Of a stretch of 64,000 nucleotides of DNA, positions 16,722-34,339 are shown in pieces. The position numbers and the translations under genes are program-made. The stretch lies in assembly GCF_009914755.1 (NCBI RefSeq), contig NC_060934.1, one strand, 5' to 3'. Origin of the DNA: the human T2T-CHM13v2.0 reference genome, Homo sapiens. Numbering within the stretch: the first letter of the stretch is position 1; every line of letters begins with the position of its first letter. Under the pieces are notes generated by a model, which saw only the letters and a list, made by a program, of their open reading frames with translations, did not search any database and was not told where the DNA came from.

Positions 16722-17026
16722 TGTTTTTGTTTTTGTTTTTTTGAGGTGGAGTCTTGCTCTGTCATCCAGGCTGGCAGTGGCGTGATCTTGGTTCACTGCA
16801 ATGTCTGCCTCCTGGGTTCAGGTGATTCTCCTGCCTCAGCCTCCTGAGTAGCTGGGACTACAGGCGCCCGCCACCATGCCCTGCTGTTTTGTATTTTTGG
16901 TAGGGAAGGGGTGGGGGTGGGGCTAGGGAGGGGGGGTTTTGGCTATGTTGCCCTGAGCTAAAAGCGATCCACCTGCCTCTGCTGCCGAAGTGCTGGGATT
17001 ACAGGCCTGCACCACTGCACCCGGCT
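16722..17026 (-). mobile_element. Old Alu with internal G-rich expansion; 5' end of retro-insert
   Basis: Reverse Alu; G-runs 16903-16936. Confidence 0.85.
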
Positions 17027-17344
17027 GCTGTAAAGTCTTATTTCACACAGCTGAGACATGTTTTAGGAAGTTTGCTAAAAGACCCCTGGAGACCGCCTCA
17101 TTGTGACCTCCCTGTTATTGTGTTTAATTTGATTGAACTTTTCTGCCCTCCTGCTTTTCAGCTTCTCTAATAGTCTCCCATTAAACCAATTCTAAGAACC
17201 ACCAAAAAGGGGAAATTTTTTCTTGAAAGCAGTAAAATGATATGGACTGTTAGAATGTAAAATATATGAAATAATTCATTATACGTTAGTGCTGCTCTGA
17301 CATAGGGACGTATTATTGAGAAGCAACTTTTGCTTGATTTTCAG

Positions 17345-17410
17345 AGAAATGGAATCATCGTATCGCTGATCTGCGTAAACAAATTGAAGAATTGTCTGAA
17401 AGAAAATATG
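17345..17410 (+). pseudogene. GTF2IP: GTF2I pseudogene exon (EKWNHRIADLRKQIEELSERKY)
   Basis: ttttcAG|...|GTATGT; recalled GTF2I [22 protein letters not shown]; 66 bp. Confidence 0.93.
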
Positions 17411-17724
17411 GTATGTCTAAACTGGAAAAGTCCTGTAATCTTATGTTCATGGGCGTTTACACAATGGAGTTACTGTTCATCATGGGGGTACCGTGGACAA
17501 GCCCAGGGCTGCCGGCGAGTCATGCTATCCTTACACGTTTCTCCTTGTAAGGTGCTTTGTAGTGTCTACACACTTTGTTTCTAGATTGCTGCAAAGCTGA
17601 GGAAAAGTTATATTTCTTTAGTTATTAGTTAGCATTTCTTTTAAACTTTCAGTATGGAGATTGGAAATTTATTTACATATTTATTGCAAAGCCCTGGATC
17701 TTAGGGATTTCATTGAATTATTTA

Positions 17725-18015
17725 TTTATTTTTTTTGAGACGGAGCCTCACTCTGTCGCCCAGGCTGGAGTGCAGTGGCACGATCTCGGCTCACTGCAAC
17801 CTCCGCCTCCTGGGTTCAAGCAGTTCTCTGCCTCAGCCTCCCAAGCAGCTAGGATTACAGGCACCAGCCACCACGCCTGGCTGATTTTTGTATTTTTAGT
17901 AGAGACGGAGTTTCATGATCTTGGCTAGGCTGGTCTTGAACTGCTGACCTCCTGATCCACTCACCTCAGCCTCCCACAGTGCTGGGATTACAGGTGTGAG
18001 CCGCCATGCCTGGCC
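17725..18015 (-). mobile_element. Alu
   Basis: Reverse Alu. Confidence 0.9.
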
Positions 18016-18076
18016 AAATATTATTTTTTTAAATGAATTGTTTCTCTTAGTCTGCTTTGTTAAATTTGGAATTCAT

Positions 18077-18372
<296 letters not shown>

Positions 18373-19154
18373 AAATGTTCAGTACTCACCAAGGTGCCCC
18401 TATTGTCTCTACTTTTATCTTGATGCATCACTGAATTGATGTTAGATTTCAAATTCATCATTGCCCTGATACTATTCTATCCTGAAGCCACCTTTATATA
18501 GTGATGAAAGAAATTAGCGATTTGTTATTATCCTCTCTCTGTTGGTATACATCAGATGCTCACCTAAAAAGAGCAACAACCAGTGGAAAACACATGATGT
18601 TTTTATTTGGGTGACTATTTACTTGTAACCTACTAGCAAACTATAAAATTGTATGGTATGCAGAATTTTAACTGAATTGCTTTAAGTGAACATTTAAACA
18701 TGATAAACAATATTGATGGTATTTATGTTAATATACTTAAAATGAACATTTTTCTTCATCATGAGTAATATAACCTACTCCTCAATGAAAACCTAGCACT
18801 AAATTTGCTAATGAATTCAATAACATTTCCATAATATTTTTAGTTACATGCTTAAGGTTCTCTTAGTGTTTCTCCCACTTTTTAATAGCTTATGCCTTTT
18901 TCGCCTTTCGTTTTTTTTGGTTCATTTTAAAGCAAAAATCTCACAACATGTGATATCTGGAAACACTGTAACCTAGTGGTAAGACCATAGGCCCTGGGGA
19001 CACAGGCTGGCCACGTCTCTTCTCCTGTCTGAGCTTTAGTATCCTCTTTTGTGGTCATGAGAACTGAAGATCTGTCCCAAAGATTTGATAAGATAGTAAA
19101 GTGCTTCACATAATTCCAGACATATAAATACACAGTAAATGCTTCCTCCTTATA

Positions 19155-19453
19155 TTTTTATTGATTGATTGATTGAGACAGAATCTTGCTCTCTTGCCCA
19201 GGCTGGAATGCAGTGGCGTGATCATGGTTTCTGCAACCTCCACCTCCTGGGTTCAGGCAATTCTCCTGCCTCAGCCTCCCGAGTAGCTGGGATTACAGGT
19301 GCCTGCCACCATGCCCAGCTAATTATTGTACTTTTAGTACAGACGGGGTTTTACCATGTTGGCCAGGCTGGTCTCGAACTCCTGACCTCATGATCTGCCT
19401 GCCTCGGCCTCCCAAACTGCTGGGATTACAGGTGTGAGCCACTGTGCCCAGCC
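19155..19453 (-). mobile_element. Alu
   Basis: Reverse Alu. Confidence 0.9.
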
Positions 19454-19561
19454 TGTCTTTTCACACCCGCAGTTCATGATGAAATATTAAATATGTACTA
19501 GTGGATATTACTTTGCTGAATATTGCCTAGTGAATATTAAGTATTTATTCTCACCTTTCAG

Positions 19562-19620
19562 ACATGAACTTATGAATTCAACAGGTAAAGATTTACAACT
19601 TGATAAATCAACTTTGTGAG
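19562..19620 (+). pseudogene. GTF2IP: GTF2I pseudogene exon (HELMNSTGKDLQLDKSTL*), premature stop
   Basis: cctttcAG|...|GTAAGT; recalled GTF2I HELLNSTREDLQLDKPASG; 59 bp; in-frame TGA. Confidence 0.9.
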
Positions 19621-20194
19621 GTAAGTCTTCAGTCTTAAGTCAGATTAGAAGATTATGTGAGGTAATTAACACTTAACATTGATTTAATGGTAGCTTCCAC
19701 ATGAAATAGTATGCCTCTAAGTATTAATTATGTCCTAGGACAGGAGAATTCATGTTGTCAAAATTCTCATACTCTCTAGAACAATAAACTTATTTTCTTT
19801 TTATTAGTAAATATTGCATTTATGGGTAGACAAAACTGAAAGAACAATATTTGTTCTACTTTTGAGATGCAAGATTCATCCGGCATAATGCATTGAACCG
19901 GTTGTTATTGAAGTCTACACCAGTCAACTGAATAAGCATTCATCAAATGTCCATGATATGCAGGACATAAGTTTTCTTTTAGAGTATGGAACCATGCATA
20001 TTATCTTTTAATTAGATGATTTAGTTAGACATGTTTTTAAAGAACTAGAAATATAATTGATTTTCTTGTTTTGGCTCTGGAGTGGAGTGGGGACGAAACA
20101 GAATGGATTCACACTGTTTAGATTTACTAAAATGGAAGGATTGCAGCAAGATCATATCCCTAGTCTCCCCATAGCAAATGTCACCTGCTAGCTG

Positions 20195-20483
20195 TTTTTT
20201 TTTTGGAGGTTGAAGTTTTGTTCTGTCGCCCCCGCTGGAGTGCAGTGGTATGATCTCAGCTCATGGCAAGCTCACCTCCTGGGTTCAAGCAATTCTCCCT
20301 GCCTCAGCATCCTAAGTAGCTGGGATTACAGGCCTCTGCCACCATGCCTGCCTAATTTTTGTATTTGTAGTAGAGTTGGGGTTTCACCATGTTGGCCAGG
20401 CTGGCCTTGAACTCCTGACTTCAGGAGATTCACCCGCCTCAGCCTCCCAAAGTGCTGGGATTATGGGTGTGTCACTGCACTTG
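20195..20483 (-). mobile_element. Alu
   Basis: Reverse Alu. Confidence 0.9.
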
Positions 20484-20668
20484 GATTTAATGGAATATTT
20501 CACTACAGACTTTGGTAAACAGAATATTAGCATTTTTGGTGTTCTTTTTATTTTACTCATACTATTTTTCTTTGGACTCAATCACAATAACAGAATTAAA
20601 GATCAAAGTGTAAAAGTTAAAGACCAGTACAGATTCAATAATTATTCTTTTCTACATACTGTGTTTAA

Positions 20669-21223
<555 letters not shown>

Positions 21224-21339
21224 GTAAGATTCCTGGATTCTTATTGGACTGTTATCTCTGTTATGAGTAATCCATCTTTAGTCATTCACCACTAGGGTTG
21301 TATTTAATTAAGTCTGAGTTATTTTATGGTGGTTTTGTT

Positions 21340-21667
<328 letters not shown>

Positions 21668-22751
21668 TAGCAGCTTAAAATTGGTGCCTTATTCAGACAC
21701 AGGCAAAAGGACATTAGCCCAGCTTTGGAAATAGGTGTGAGCCCATATATGATTTTCCTAGTTTCTCCTCCCCCTTTGCTTTTTGCTCTCTTAGTATATT
21801 AATTGTTTTCACTCTCTGAATCTTTTTTCCCCATTTCTTTGGCAGACATTTTTACTTGTCTTGGAAGAGTAGGTGAAGAGCTGTTTTTAGGACTCTTTGA
21901 AAGGGTACAGTATGGGTGACAGTCTTGGCTAATGGTAACATCCAGGGAGCTGGGGTCAGCGTGAGCAAATTAGCAAAGCACTGGCACTCAGTGGCAGGAA
22001 TACAAGTGACTGCAAAGTGTTAAACACATCTGGAAAGGGATACTGACATCATCCTCAGAATCTGTGGGGAGTTCACATAGCCAGTTAAGACCCATTCCTC
22101 TTTGACCCTATAAAGATTCTTTAAAGAATAATACCCTTAGTGGTTTTCTAGCCAGCTTGCCTGCTCATTTATCTTTGAGAACGACATGCCTTGTGGAGCT
22201 CCACAGGCCCCAGAGGGGTATGGATTCTGCATTTGAAAGTGCTGGAGCTGAGAGACTGGGTCTTGGTGGACCCCAAGAGGCCTGTTTCTCCTCTACTCAT
22301 TGTTCTATTTTTTCCCAGCAGCTGGCATTGCTGTTTAAATGGGTTGTTCTTTGCTGTTTTAAGTTGTTTCATAGTGGTGTGTCAGGATTTGGGTTTTCTT
22401 AATACTTTCCAAGCTGGTGACTTGAGTGGTGCTTAGGGAGGAACTGTTTTAGGGCTGTTCTGGAGCTATAGAGGTCAGGTGTCTAGATACTCCCAGCTTG
22501 TCTGTTGAGGAGAATGCTGTTCTCATTGTGCTGCCTTTGGTGGTGCTGTGTGTGGCTCTTTAGATGTGGGTGGAGGTGAGCTGGGGGAGTTAATGAGATC
22601 TTTTTTAGGTGCTTTTGATAAAGTAGCCTGCACTACAGGATTCACTGTGACTTTTTTCCTTAACCTATGCATTTCTCTCTGCTAGCTTTTGCTGTCTTTC
22701 TCATGCCTTTGATTTTCCCAGCTCCTCTTAGTTGAATTAACCTAAGTGCTC

Positions 22752-23348
22752 TGCTATGGTTTAAATGTGTCCCCCAAAGTTTATGTGCTGGAAACTCAAT
22801 CCTCAATGCAACAGTTGGGATGTGGGGCCTAATAAAATAGCCTTCATGAATGAGTTAATGTTGTTATTGTGGTAATAGATTAGTAATCACAGAGTGGGCT
22901 TATTATAAAACAGAGTTCAGCCCCTTTTGCCCTCTTGCTTTCTTGCACTCTCTTTTCCTTCTGCCTTCTGTAGTGGGATGATGCAGCAAGAAGACCCTTA
23001 CCAGATGCAGGCCCCTCAACCTTGGACTTCCTAACATCCAGAACTGTTAAGAAATAAAATTTATTCCTTTCCTTTCCTTTTCTTCCTCCTTTCCCTTCTC
23101 CCTTTTCTTCCCTTCCCCTTCCTCCCTCTCTCTCTCCCTCCCTCCCTCCCTCCTTCCCTCCGTTCCTCCTTCCCTCTTTCTCTCTTTCCCTTCCTTCCTT
23201 TCCTTCTTTCCCTTCCTTCCTTTCCTTCCCTCCTTCCGTCTTTCCCTCCTTCCCTCCTTCCTTCCTTTTTTCTTTCCTTCCTTTTTTCCTTTTTATAAAT
23301 TATGCAGTCTGTGGTATTCTTTTATAGAAGCATGAAATGGACAAAGAC
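22752..23348 (+). mobile_element. MST/MLT1A-type MaLR LTR split by a microsatellite
   Basis: tgctatggtttaaatgtgtccccc...cttggacttcc...agaactgt-aagaaataaa. Confidence 0.8.
23065..23292 (+). repeat. Pyrimidine-rich (CCTT/CCCT)n tract
   Basis: ~230 bp almost entirely C/T. Confidence 0.95.
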
Positions 23349-23649
23349 TCCGTTTTCAAGAGCAAGCACTTTTGTAGTTTCTGAGTGAATTATGACTGCA
23401 AAGGAAGTTCTATAGGTAGCCTCAGATCCACTACCTAGGAAGCATGCTACCAAGCAGACCTAGGATCTAGGATTTGATCAAGTGCTGGGCAACATGATAC
23501 CTCTGCAATTTAGCACCTCCCTATATACCTCCAGTTGGCTCAGCCCATCAGGGCTAAAACTACCCCTCATATCCTAGTGTCTCTTGTAGGCAGAAGCCTT
23601 GCCTAAACCCTAAGCTGCTTGGCTCACATTCTGTCTTGTGCTTTTTTTG

Positions 23650-24180
23650 TAGGGGGTTCAAATATACACAAAAGAAATATGTTGAACCTCCATGCACCCA
23701 ACCCGCAGATTAAGCAGTTACCTCCATTTTTCCAGATTTGTTTTGTCTGCTTCAATCTCCCTAAAAATTTATGTTTGTACAGGAAAGACTGAATAAATAG
23801 CTAATTCTCCACCCTACCTCTCATCTTAAGTCACTTTTCAGAGTAGTAAGTTAGTGACCTAGTAACCTTCCCTCTAATGACCAGTAGTTTTTTTTCTGAA
23901 TACCATTATGAACTCATAGATTATTGTTTGCATTTGATGTATTTCAGGCCATTACAGTCTTTATTGTTTTGGATGCTTTCATTGTCTCATCTAGGTTAAT
24001 AATTATCTCTTCAAGTTGACTTTCATGTCTTTTTGACGGGATCCTGTTGGACTTTGATGGCTTCCTTGCTTTCTGGCAAAAAAGATGTTCCAGGATCAAT
24101 ATACTGCACCATACATGGAGTCAGCCATTTCTCTAGGGAACCTTGATTCCTTTTAGTAGAGAACACAGTTTGAGGTCTTG
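23650..24180 (-). mobile_element. Old L1 (L1MC-like) fragment
   Basis: ggagtcagccatttctctagggaacct motif; approximate. Confidence 0.5.
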
Positions 24181-25879
24181 GACTGAATGACTTTTGTGAA
24201 CCTCCTCTCCTGAGACTACAGCCTGCATCCCTGCATATAGCCCGTTTGGAGCTCTTGCTGGGCACCAACAGATCTCCTAAAACTGCTATGTAGTTCTGCC
24301 TCACTCTTACAAAGATTCATCTCTTGAGAGTTTTGTGCTCTACCCTCAGATGTGGTCTTTCTGGTTCTGAAGCTTTTGCTTCAGTCACCCTGAATTTTGC
24401 CAGCCCTATGCATGCTATACCTTGGATTGCCAACTTGCCCTCACTGAAGCCAGTTTCTCAGGTTAGAATAGTTGCCCCAACCCATGCCTAATACTCTAGT
24501 AAATAAGGTTCTACCTGGGCTTACGTTAACTTTTGCTCCTTTGGGCCCTGTGTTCTACCAGCATTCCATTTATCTGAAACTGTCCCTCACCTTAAGAACG
24601 TATCTGTTCTTTAATGATTTACTGCTGCTTCCTGGGCTCGAAAGAATCCAGTTCAGGAGTTTCTGTTTTAGTTTGAGATCTTATAGTCCTGTCTCATCAG
24701 GTTGGTGTCAGCCCAGCTAGGATTAGGCAGAATTGGGTGGGGGCTGTAGTGCATTTTTGGCACAGCATGTACCTATCTGACTAATTCTCTGTCTTTTCTT
24801 TCCTGTTGTAATTCATGGGTCTTAGCATCTTCTGAATGGTGTTTAGTAGGTCATCCTGTTGATTTCTTGCTAGGGAGTAGCATACTCTGGCTCTGTACCA
24901 TTGGCCAAGGGGCTTAAGGATAGATGAAGGGCTGCAGTTTTGTTAAATGGAACAATATGAAGAGATGGCATTGTAAAAAAAAAAAAAGGCTTGGCAGCAG
25001 GGCCCATTTGAATGGTTGGTCCTTGGCTCCTTTGTTGATATAGGCAGATCCTTGATGGGAATTTGGAATGATCCCAAATATTGTAGATCACTGGTACATC
25101 AAGTCATCCTCAAGGTTGTCTGTGTAACGGTCTTGAATGATATTTTGTCAGTCTTTGGAGATTCTCTGTATAGGATTTAATCATTTAGTTATTTCAGTTG
25201 AGCCTGTTTAGTTTCTTTGCAAGGAGATAAGAAATGTGAAAGAGATGCAGACATTAGGGAAAAAAAGTCAGGAGCCTTGTTTCCCCATCCTCTACTTGGG
25301 TTCTGGAACTAGACTCATAGGTGAGTAGTGAGGAGCTGGGCCCAAGCACATTAATCCTAGATCTAGCTATGCTTTGCACTCGCTCCAGTTCTTGTATCAA
25401 ATTCACTTCAAGCCACCCAGAGTAGTATGTAGAGGAGTCATTCAGGACTGTGCTTATACTTCATTGTATCAAATGGGAGATCCAGTAATTTATAGCCTAT
25501 TGTTTCTGGAGCCTGGAGATGGCTCTGCATAAGATTTGCTGAAGCAAATTTTATTACATTAGAAGAGAACCTAGCTGGCTGCATCCTACACTGGAAGCTT
25601 TTAGATGCTAATAAGGAGGTCATGTAAAGGTCACAGAATGACTCTGGAATCCATTCCCCGCCAAGAAAGAATAATGACATTCTATGTTGGCCTCTTTTCA
25701 TTTCCCTTTGATTTTGAGTAATAAATTCTCTCCTCACTTCCCAGTTGAACTGTTTGGGAGTCTCTATTCCCTAGAAAGACTCTGGTCACATACCCATCAG
25801 ATTAAATTAGGTGAAAACTCTTTGGCCTTTATGAATGTTGAAGAATTCCAAAGGGCTAATGGAAATTCTTCTGGAAGTA

Positions 25880-26103
25880 ACTGCAACCTCTGCCTTCCGG
25901 GTTCAAGCCATTTTCCTGCCTCAGCCTCCCGAGTAGCTGGGATTACAGGTGTCCACTACCATGCCCAACTAATTTTTGTATTTTTAGTAGAGATGGGGTT
26001 TCACCATGTTGGCCAGGCTGATCTAGAACTTTTGACCTCAGGTGATCTGCCCGCCTCAGCCTCCCAAAGTGCTGGGATTACAGGTGTGATCCACCGCACC
26101 CAG
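25880..26103 (-). mobile_element. 3'-truncated Alu
   Basis: Begins abruptly at ctgcaacctc with no T tail. Confidence 0.88.
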
Positions 26104-26419
26104 TTAAACTTCAGTTTTTCATGTTCCATGCGTAGGTCAGGGTCTTAGGGAGTGATTCATTCTAGCAGAACTCCCTGGATTTTAAGGCAGATGTTCCATT
26201 TATTAATTGACAAAGGAGGCATATTTTTCCCCTGGTAACCCAAAGATTTAGGTCATTTTCCCAGAGACTCCATTTCCACTGTGAGGGTTCTTGGAAAACT
26301 AAGCAGAGGATGAGGAAAAGTCTATGAACAAGCTTGCTGGTCTCTCCCTGTCCTACAAAAGAGTATACCTCTTCTGTAACCAGAAGGCCCTTTTGATTAG
26401 TCAAGGCTGGACAGACTGA

Positions 26420-26422
<3 letters not shown>

Positions 26423-26464
<42 letters not shown>
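26423..26464 (+). repeat. (TG)n microsatellite at an Alu tail
   Basis: ~20 TG units followed by reverse Alu 26465-26748. Confidence 0.97.
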
Positions 26465-26623
26465 TTGAGACAGGGTCTCACTCTGTCACCCAGGCTGGAG
26501 TGCAGTGGTGAGATCAGAGCTCACTGCAGCTTCCACTTCCTGGGCTCAAGTGATCCTCATATTTCAGCCTCCAGAGGAGCTGGGACTATACGAATGTTTT
26601 ACCGCACCCAGTTCATTTTCTAA

Positions 26624-26743
<120 letters not shown>

Positions 26744-26786
26744 TGACCTGCGACGATTTTTCAACAATGTAATTTCTCTTTTACAG

Positions 26787-26942
26787 AGCCACCTAAGCTG
26801 AAGATTCCCTTGAGAACAAGTACTGTCCTGCGGTTTCATGGCCTTTCTTCCATTTGTGGTTCTTGTGAAGTGGAATTTAAATGACATCAAGATGGATAAA
26901 CCCTAGTTTCCCAGTGCTGGAATATAGAAAATGGATGGACAA
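26787..26942 (+). ncRNA. Possible lncRNA exon
   Basis: Strong acceptor ttctcttttacAG; weak donor aa|GTAAAT. Confidence 0.3.
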
Positions 26943-27075
26943 GTAAATCCCACTCAGCACCCATAGTCCAGGCATGGGGATCTCAACACACCTGAGCCCC
27001 AGACATCACCTTTCATTGTGAGTAGCTCTGAGATGACACTTCTGCTGTTCCCAATTCCAGCATTAATTGGATTAG

Positions 27076-28873
<1,798 letters not shown>

Positions 28874-29837
28874 TAGAGTTACTTTGTCTTTTACTAATTC
28901 AATGATCTGTTTAATCTTTTATTAAATTATAAAAATAATAAATACTTTTAAATAAGTGAAAAATGTCCTTCACTCTTTAGACCCATAATCTTATCTCAGG
29001 AAATAATTGCAATTGAGAAAATGGGCCATATCCTTCAAGATACGTACATGGTGATTGAACATCACTTCATATTTTCATATTTCGTGGACATTTGTGCCAA
29101 TACCAATTGATCTATCTTAATCCTTTTCATGGTTGCATAATATTTTATTATATGGATGTATCACAATTTACCAGTACCAGTCAACTGCTGGAGGCATTTA
29201 GGCTCCTTCTAATATTTGCTTTGAGCTCTTTATATAATTAAAAATTAACCCCCTCAGCCAGGTGTGGCAGCTCACACCTGTAATCCCAGCATTTTGGAAG
29301 GCTGAGGTGAGAGAACTGCCTGAGTATAGGAGATCACCACCAACCTGGTCAACATAGTGACACTTTGTCTCTACTAAAAATTAAAAAAAAAAATGAGCTA
29401 CACGTTGCAGTGCACACCTGTAGTCCCAGCTACTGGGGAGGCTAAGACTGGAGGATCACTTGAGTCTAGAAGGTTGAGGCTGCAGTAAGCTATGATCACA
29501 CCATTGCACTTTAGCTTTGCTAAGAGCAAGACTGCATTTCTTAAACAAAATAAAAATTAGATGGGAATATTGCTCAAGCCCTGGAGGTTGAGGTTGCAGT
29601 TAACTGTGATTGCACCACTGCAGTCCAGCTTAGGTGATGGAGCAAGACCCTTTCTCTAAAAATAAAATAAAAATTAACCTTCTATCATATTTCCCAGTAA
29701 CACCTTCCCTCCTACATTTCTCCTAGAAGCCCTTAAATTTTGTTTTTCACATATCGTTTAAAACTTTTAAGTGCTGATGTCTGTCTGTGTCATCCCTCTT
29801 TTTTTTTTTTTTTTAAATGTCTTTTTGTCACTTCTAG

Positions 29838-29902
29838 CTGGACCTACCATGAAAGACTTCTGAATCCAGGAAGAGAAACTGACTGGGCAACATGTTATTC
29901 AG
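29838..29902 (+). ncRNA. Candidate lncRNA exon (65 bp), copy 1
   Basis: ctttttgtcacttctAG|ctggacc...ttcag|GTACAA. Confidence 0.6.
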
Positions 29903-30569
29903 GTACAAAAAGACTTGGACTGTAACTCAAAAATGATCAAATAATAGTGCATGCATCAAGTGCAATGGGAAGCTCTTCTGGAGAGGGAGAGAAGCTTCCA
30001 GTTAAGGTGACATTGAAGCCAAGTCCTGTAAGATAAGGAAGAATTGTATGAGAGTGGGGAGGGAAGGGGGAGGTGGAGGGATGGGGATTGGGCTGGGATG
30101 GGATGGAGTGAGCTGCCCAGGCAGGGAAACCAGCACTATACAGACCTGAACAATGAAGATGGCACATTTTGTTCAGGGAATGGTGAATTAAGTGTAGCAG
30201 AAATGCTTTGTAGAGACAGTAATTTACTTGTATGGAATTTTGCCCAAGAGACCTCATTACAGTTTCTAATTTTTTGATGTTATCATGCATCACTGCCCTT
30301 GTCAGACAGTATCATGATCACAGTAACATCAAGCATAATATTTCATTGATTCTCACAAAAACAGGTGGGTGCCACAGTTATCCCCATTATATGCACAAAA
30401 TGATGAAGACTTGGGGTTAATGAGTGATTTGCCCAAGCTCACCTGAATATTAAGACTGAATCAAATGTTAGTCTGGTCTGACTTTAATGCTTGCCTTGTT
30501 CATGAGCACCATGCATTGCCTCTCCTATGCAGTTAAGCAGTTAGACAGGTGAGAGAAGAGCCCGTGTGA

Positions 30570-31633
30570 TATCGGGGGAAATTCACCCCTGATATTTCAT
30601 GTAGGTTCTTTTCTGTTTTCCCTGAGTGTCGGCCGATCTGAGAAATAAAGGGAAAGAGTACAAAAGAGAGAAATTTTAAAGCTGGGTGTCCAGGGGAGAC
30701 ATCACATGTCGGCAGGTTCCGTGATGCCCCGCAAGCTGCAAAACCAACAAGTTTTTATTAGTGATTTTCAAAAGGGGAGGGAGTGTACGAATAGGGTGTG
30801 GGTCACAGAGATCACTTGCTTCACAAGGTAATAAAATATCACAAGGCAAATGGAGGCAGGGCAAGATCACAGGACCACAGGACCGGGGCGAAATTAAAAT
30901 TGCTAATGAAGTTTCGGGCACGCATTGTCATTGGTAACATCTTAGGAGAAAGGGTTTGAGAGCAGAAAACCCATCTGACCAAAATTTATTAGGCGGGAAT
31001 TTCCTTGTCCTGATAAGCCTGGGAGTGCCACGCAAGCCCAGGGCTTATTTCATCCCTTATCTACGACTGTAAAAGACAGCCGTCCCCAAAGCGGCCATTT
31101 CAGAGGCCTCCCCTTAGGGATGCATTCTCTTTCTCAGGGATGTTCTTTGCTGAGAAAAAGAATTCAGCAATATTTCTCCTATTTGCTTTTGAAAGAAGAG
31201 AAATATGGCTCTGTTCTACTCGGCCCACAGGCAGCCAAAGTTTAAGGTTATCTCCCTTGTTCCCTGAAATTGCTGTTATCCTGTTCTTTATTCAAGGTGC
31301 CCAGGTTTCATATTGTTTAAACAACTTGTGCAGTTAACGCAATTATCACAGAGTCCTGCGGGGACATTCATCCTCAGCTTACGAAGATGACCAGATTAAG
31401 AAATTAAAGTAAGACAGGCATAGGAAATCACAAGGGTATTGATTGGGGAAGTGATAAGTGTCCATGAAATCTTCACAATTTATGTTCAGAGATTGCAGTA
31501 AAGACAGGCCTAAGAAATTATAGAAGTATTAATTTGGGGAACTAATAAATGTCCATGAAATCTTCACAATTTATGTTCTTCTGCCGTGGCTTCAGCCGGT
31601 CCCTCCGTTTGGGGTCCCTGACTTCCCGCAACA
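30570..31633 (-). mobile_element. MER11 solo LTR (HERV-K11/HML-8)
   Basis: Reverse strand starts TGTTGCGGGAAGTCAGGGACCCCAAACGGAGGGACC and ends TGAATTTCCCCCGATA; absent from paralogous block near 43603. Confidence 0.9.
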
Positions 31634-33110
<1,477 letters not shown>

Positions 33111-33393
33111 AGTCTCACTCTGCCACTGAGGCTGGAGTGCAGTGATGTGATCATAGCTCACTGCAGCCTTGACCTCCTAGGCTAAAGCAATCCTCCCACC
33201 TTAGCCTCTCCAGTAGCTGGAACTACAGGCATGCATCACCATGTCCAGCTGATTTTAATTTTAATTTTGTAAAGGCAGGGTCTTCCTATTTTCCCCAGGC
33301 TGATCTCTAACTCTTGGCCTCAAGCAGTCCTTCCTCTTTGGCCTCCCAAAATGTTGGGATTACAGATGGGAGCCCCCATACCCACCAATCACA

Positions 33394-33743
33394 AGGATCT
33401 TTATAAGAGAAGGAGGTAGGAGAGTCAGAATTAGAGAAAGTGATGTGGTAATGGAAGAAGAGGTCAGAGAGGGAGATTTGAAGATGCTGCACTTCTGGCC
33501 TTGAATATGGAGTCACGAGGTAAGTCAAGGAATGGGGGTGGCTTCTAGAAGCTGGAAAAGGCAAAGGAGCACATTCTGTCTAGAGCCTCCCCCAGAAGGA
33601 ATGCAGCCCCTCTGACACCTTGACTTCAGCCTTAATAGACCTAGTTGGGCTTCTGGCCCCCAGAACTGTAAGATGGTAGATTTGTGGTGTTTGATGCCAC
33701 TGAATGTAGGGTACTTTGTTGTAGTAACAACAAAAAATGAACA
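33394..33743 (+). mobile_element. MLT1 MaLR LTR fragment
   Basis: ctagaagctggaaaaggcaa...ccagaaggaatgcagccc...ccagaactgtaaga. Confidence 0.8.
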
Positions 33744-33759
33744 TGAAGCTGGGACCTCA

Positions 33760-34335
33760 TGTTACAGTTGCTCACGCCTGTAATCCCAGAACTTTAGGAG
33801 GCTGAGGTGGGAGGATTGCTTAAGCCCAGGAGCTTAAGACCAGCCTGGGCAACATAATGAGACCTCATGTCTAAAAAAAATTTTTTTAAAAGGCCAGGCG
33901 CAGTGGCTCACACCTGTAATCCCAGCACTTTGGGAGGCCGAGGAGGGTGGATCACGAGGTCAGAAGTTCAAGACCAGCCTAGCCAAGATGGTGAAACCCC
34001 ATCTCTACTAAAAATACAAACATTAGCCAGGTGTGGTGGTGGGTGCCTGTAATCCCAGCTACTCGGGAGGCAGAGAATCACTTGAACCCAAAAGGCAGAC
34101 ATTGCAGTGAGCCAAGATGGCACCCTTACACTTCAGCCTGGGCGACCGAGACTCCGTCTCAAAAAAAAAAAAAAAGCCATGTGTTGTGGCATGCAGCTGT
34201 AGTCTCAGTTCCTAGGGTGGCTGAGGCGGGAGGATTGTTTAAGCCTGGGAGGTTGAAGTTGCTGTGAGCTGTGATTGCACCAGTGTACTCCAGCCTGGGC
34301 AATAAAGCAAGACCTTGTTTCAAAAAGAAAGAAAG
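33760..34335 (+). mobile_element. Nested Alus
   Basis: Full Alu 33892-34175 inside an older Alu. Confidence 0.88.
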
Positions 34336-34339
34336 AAAT

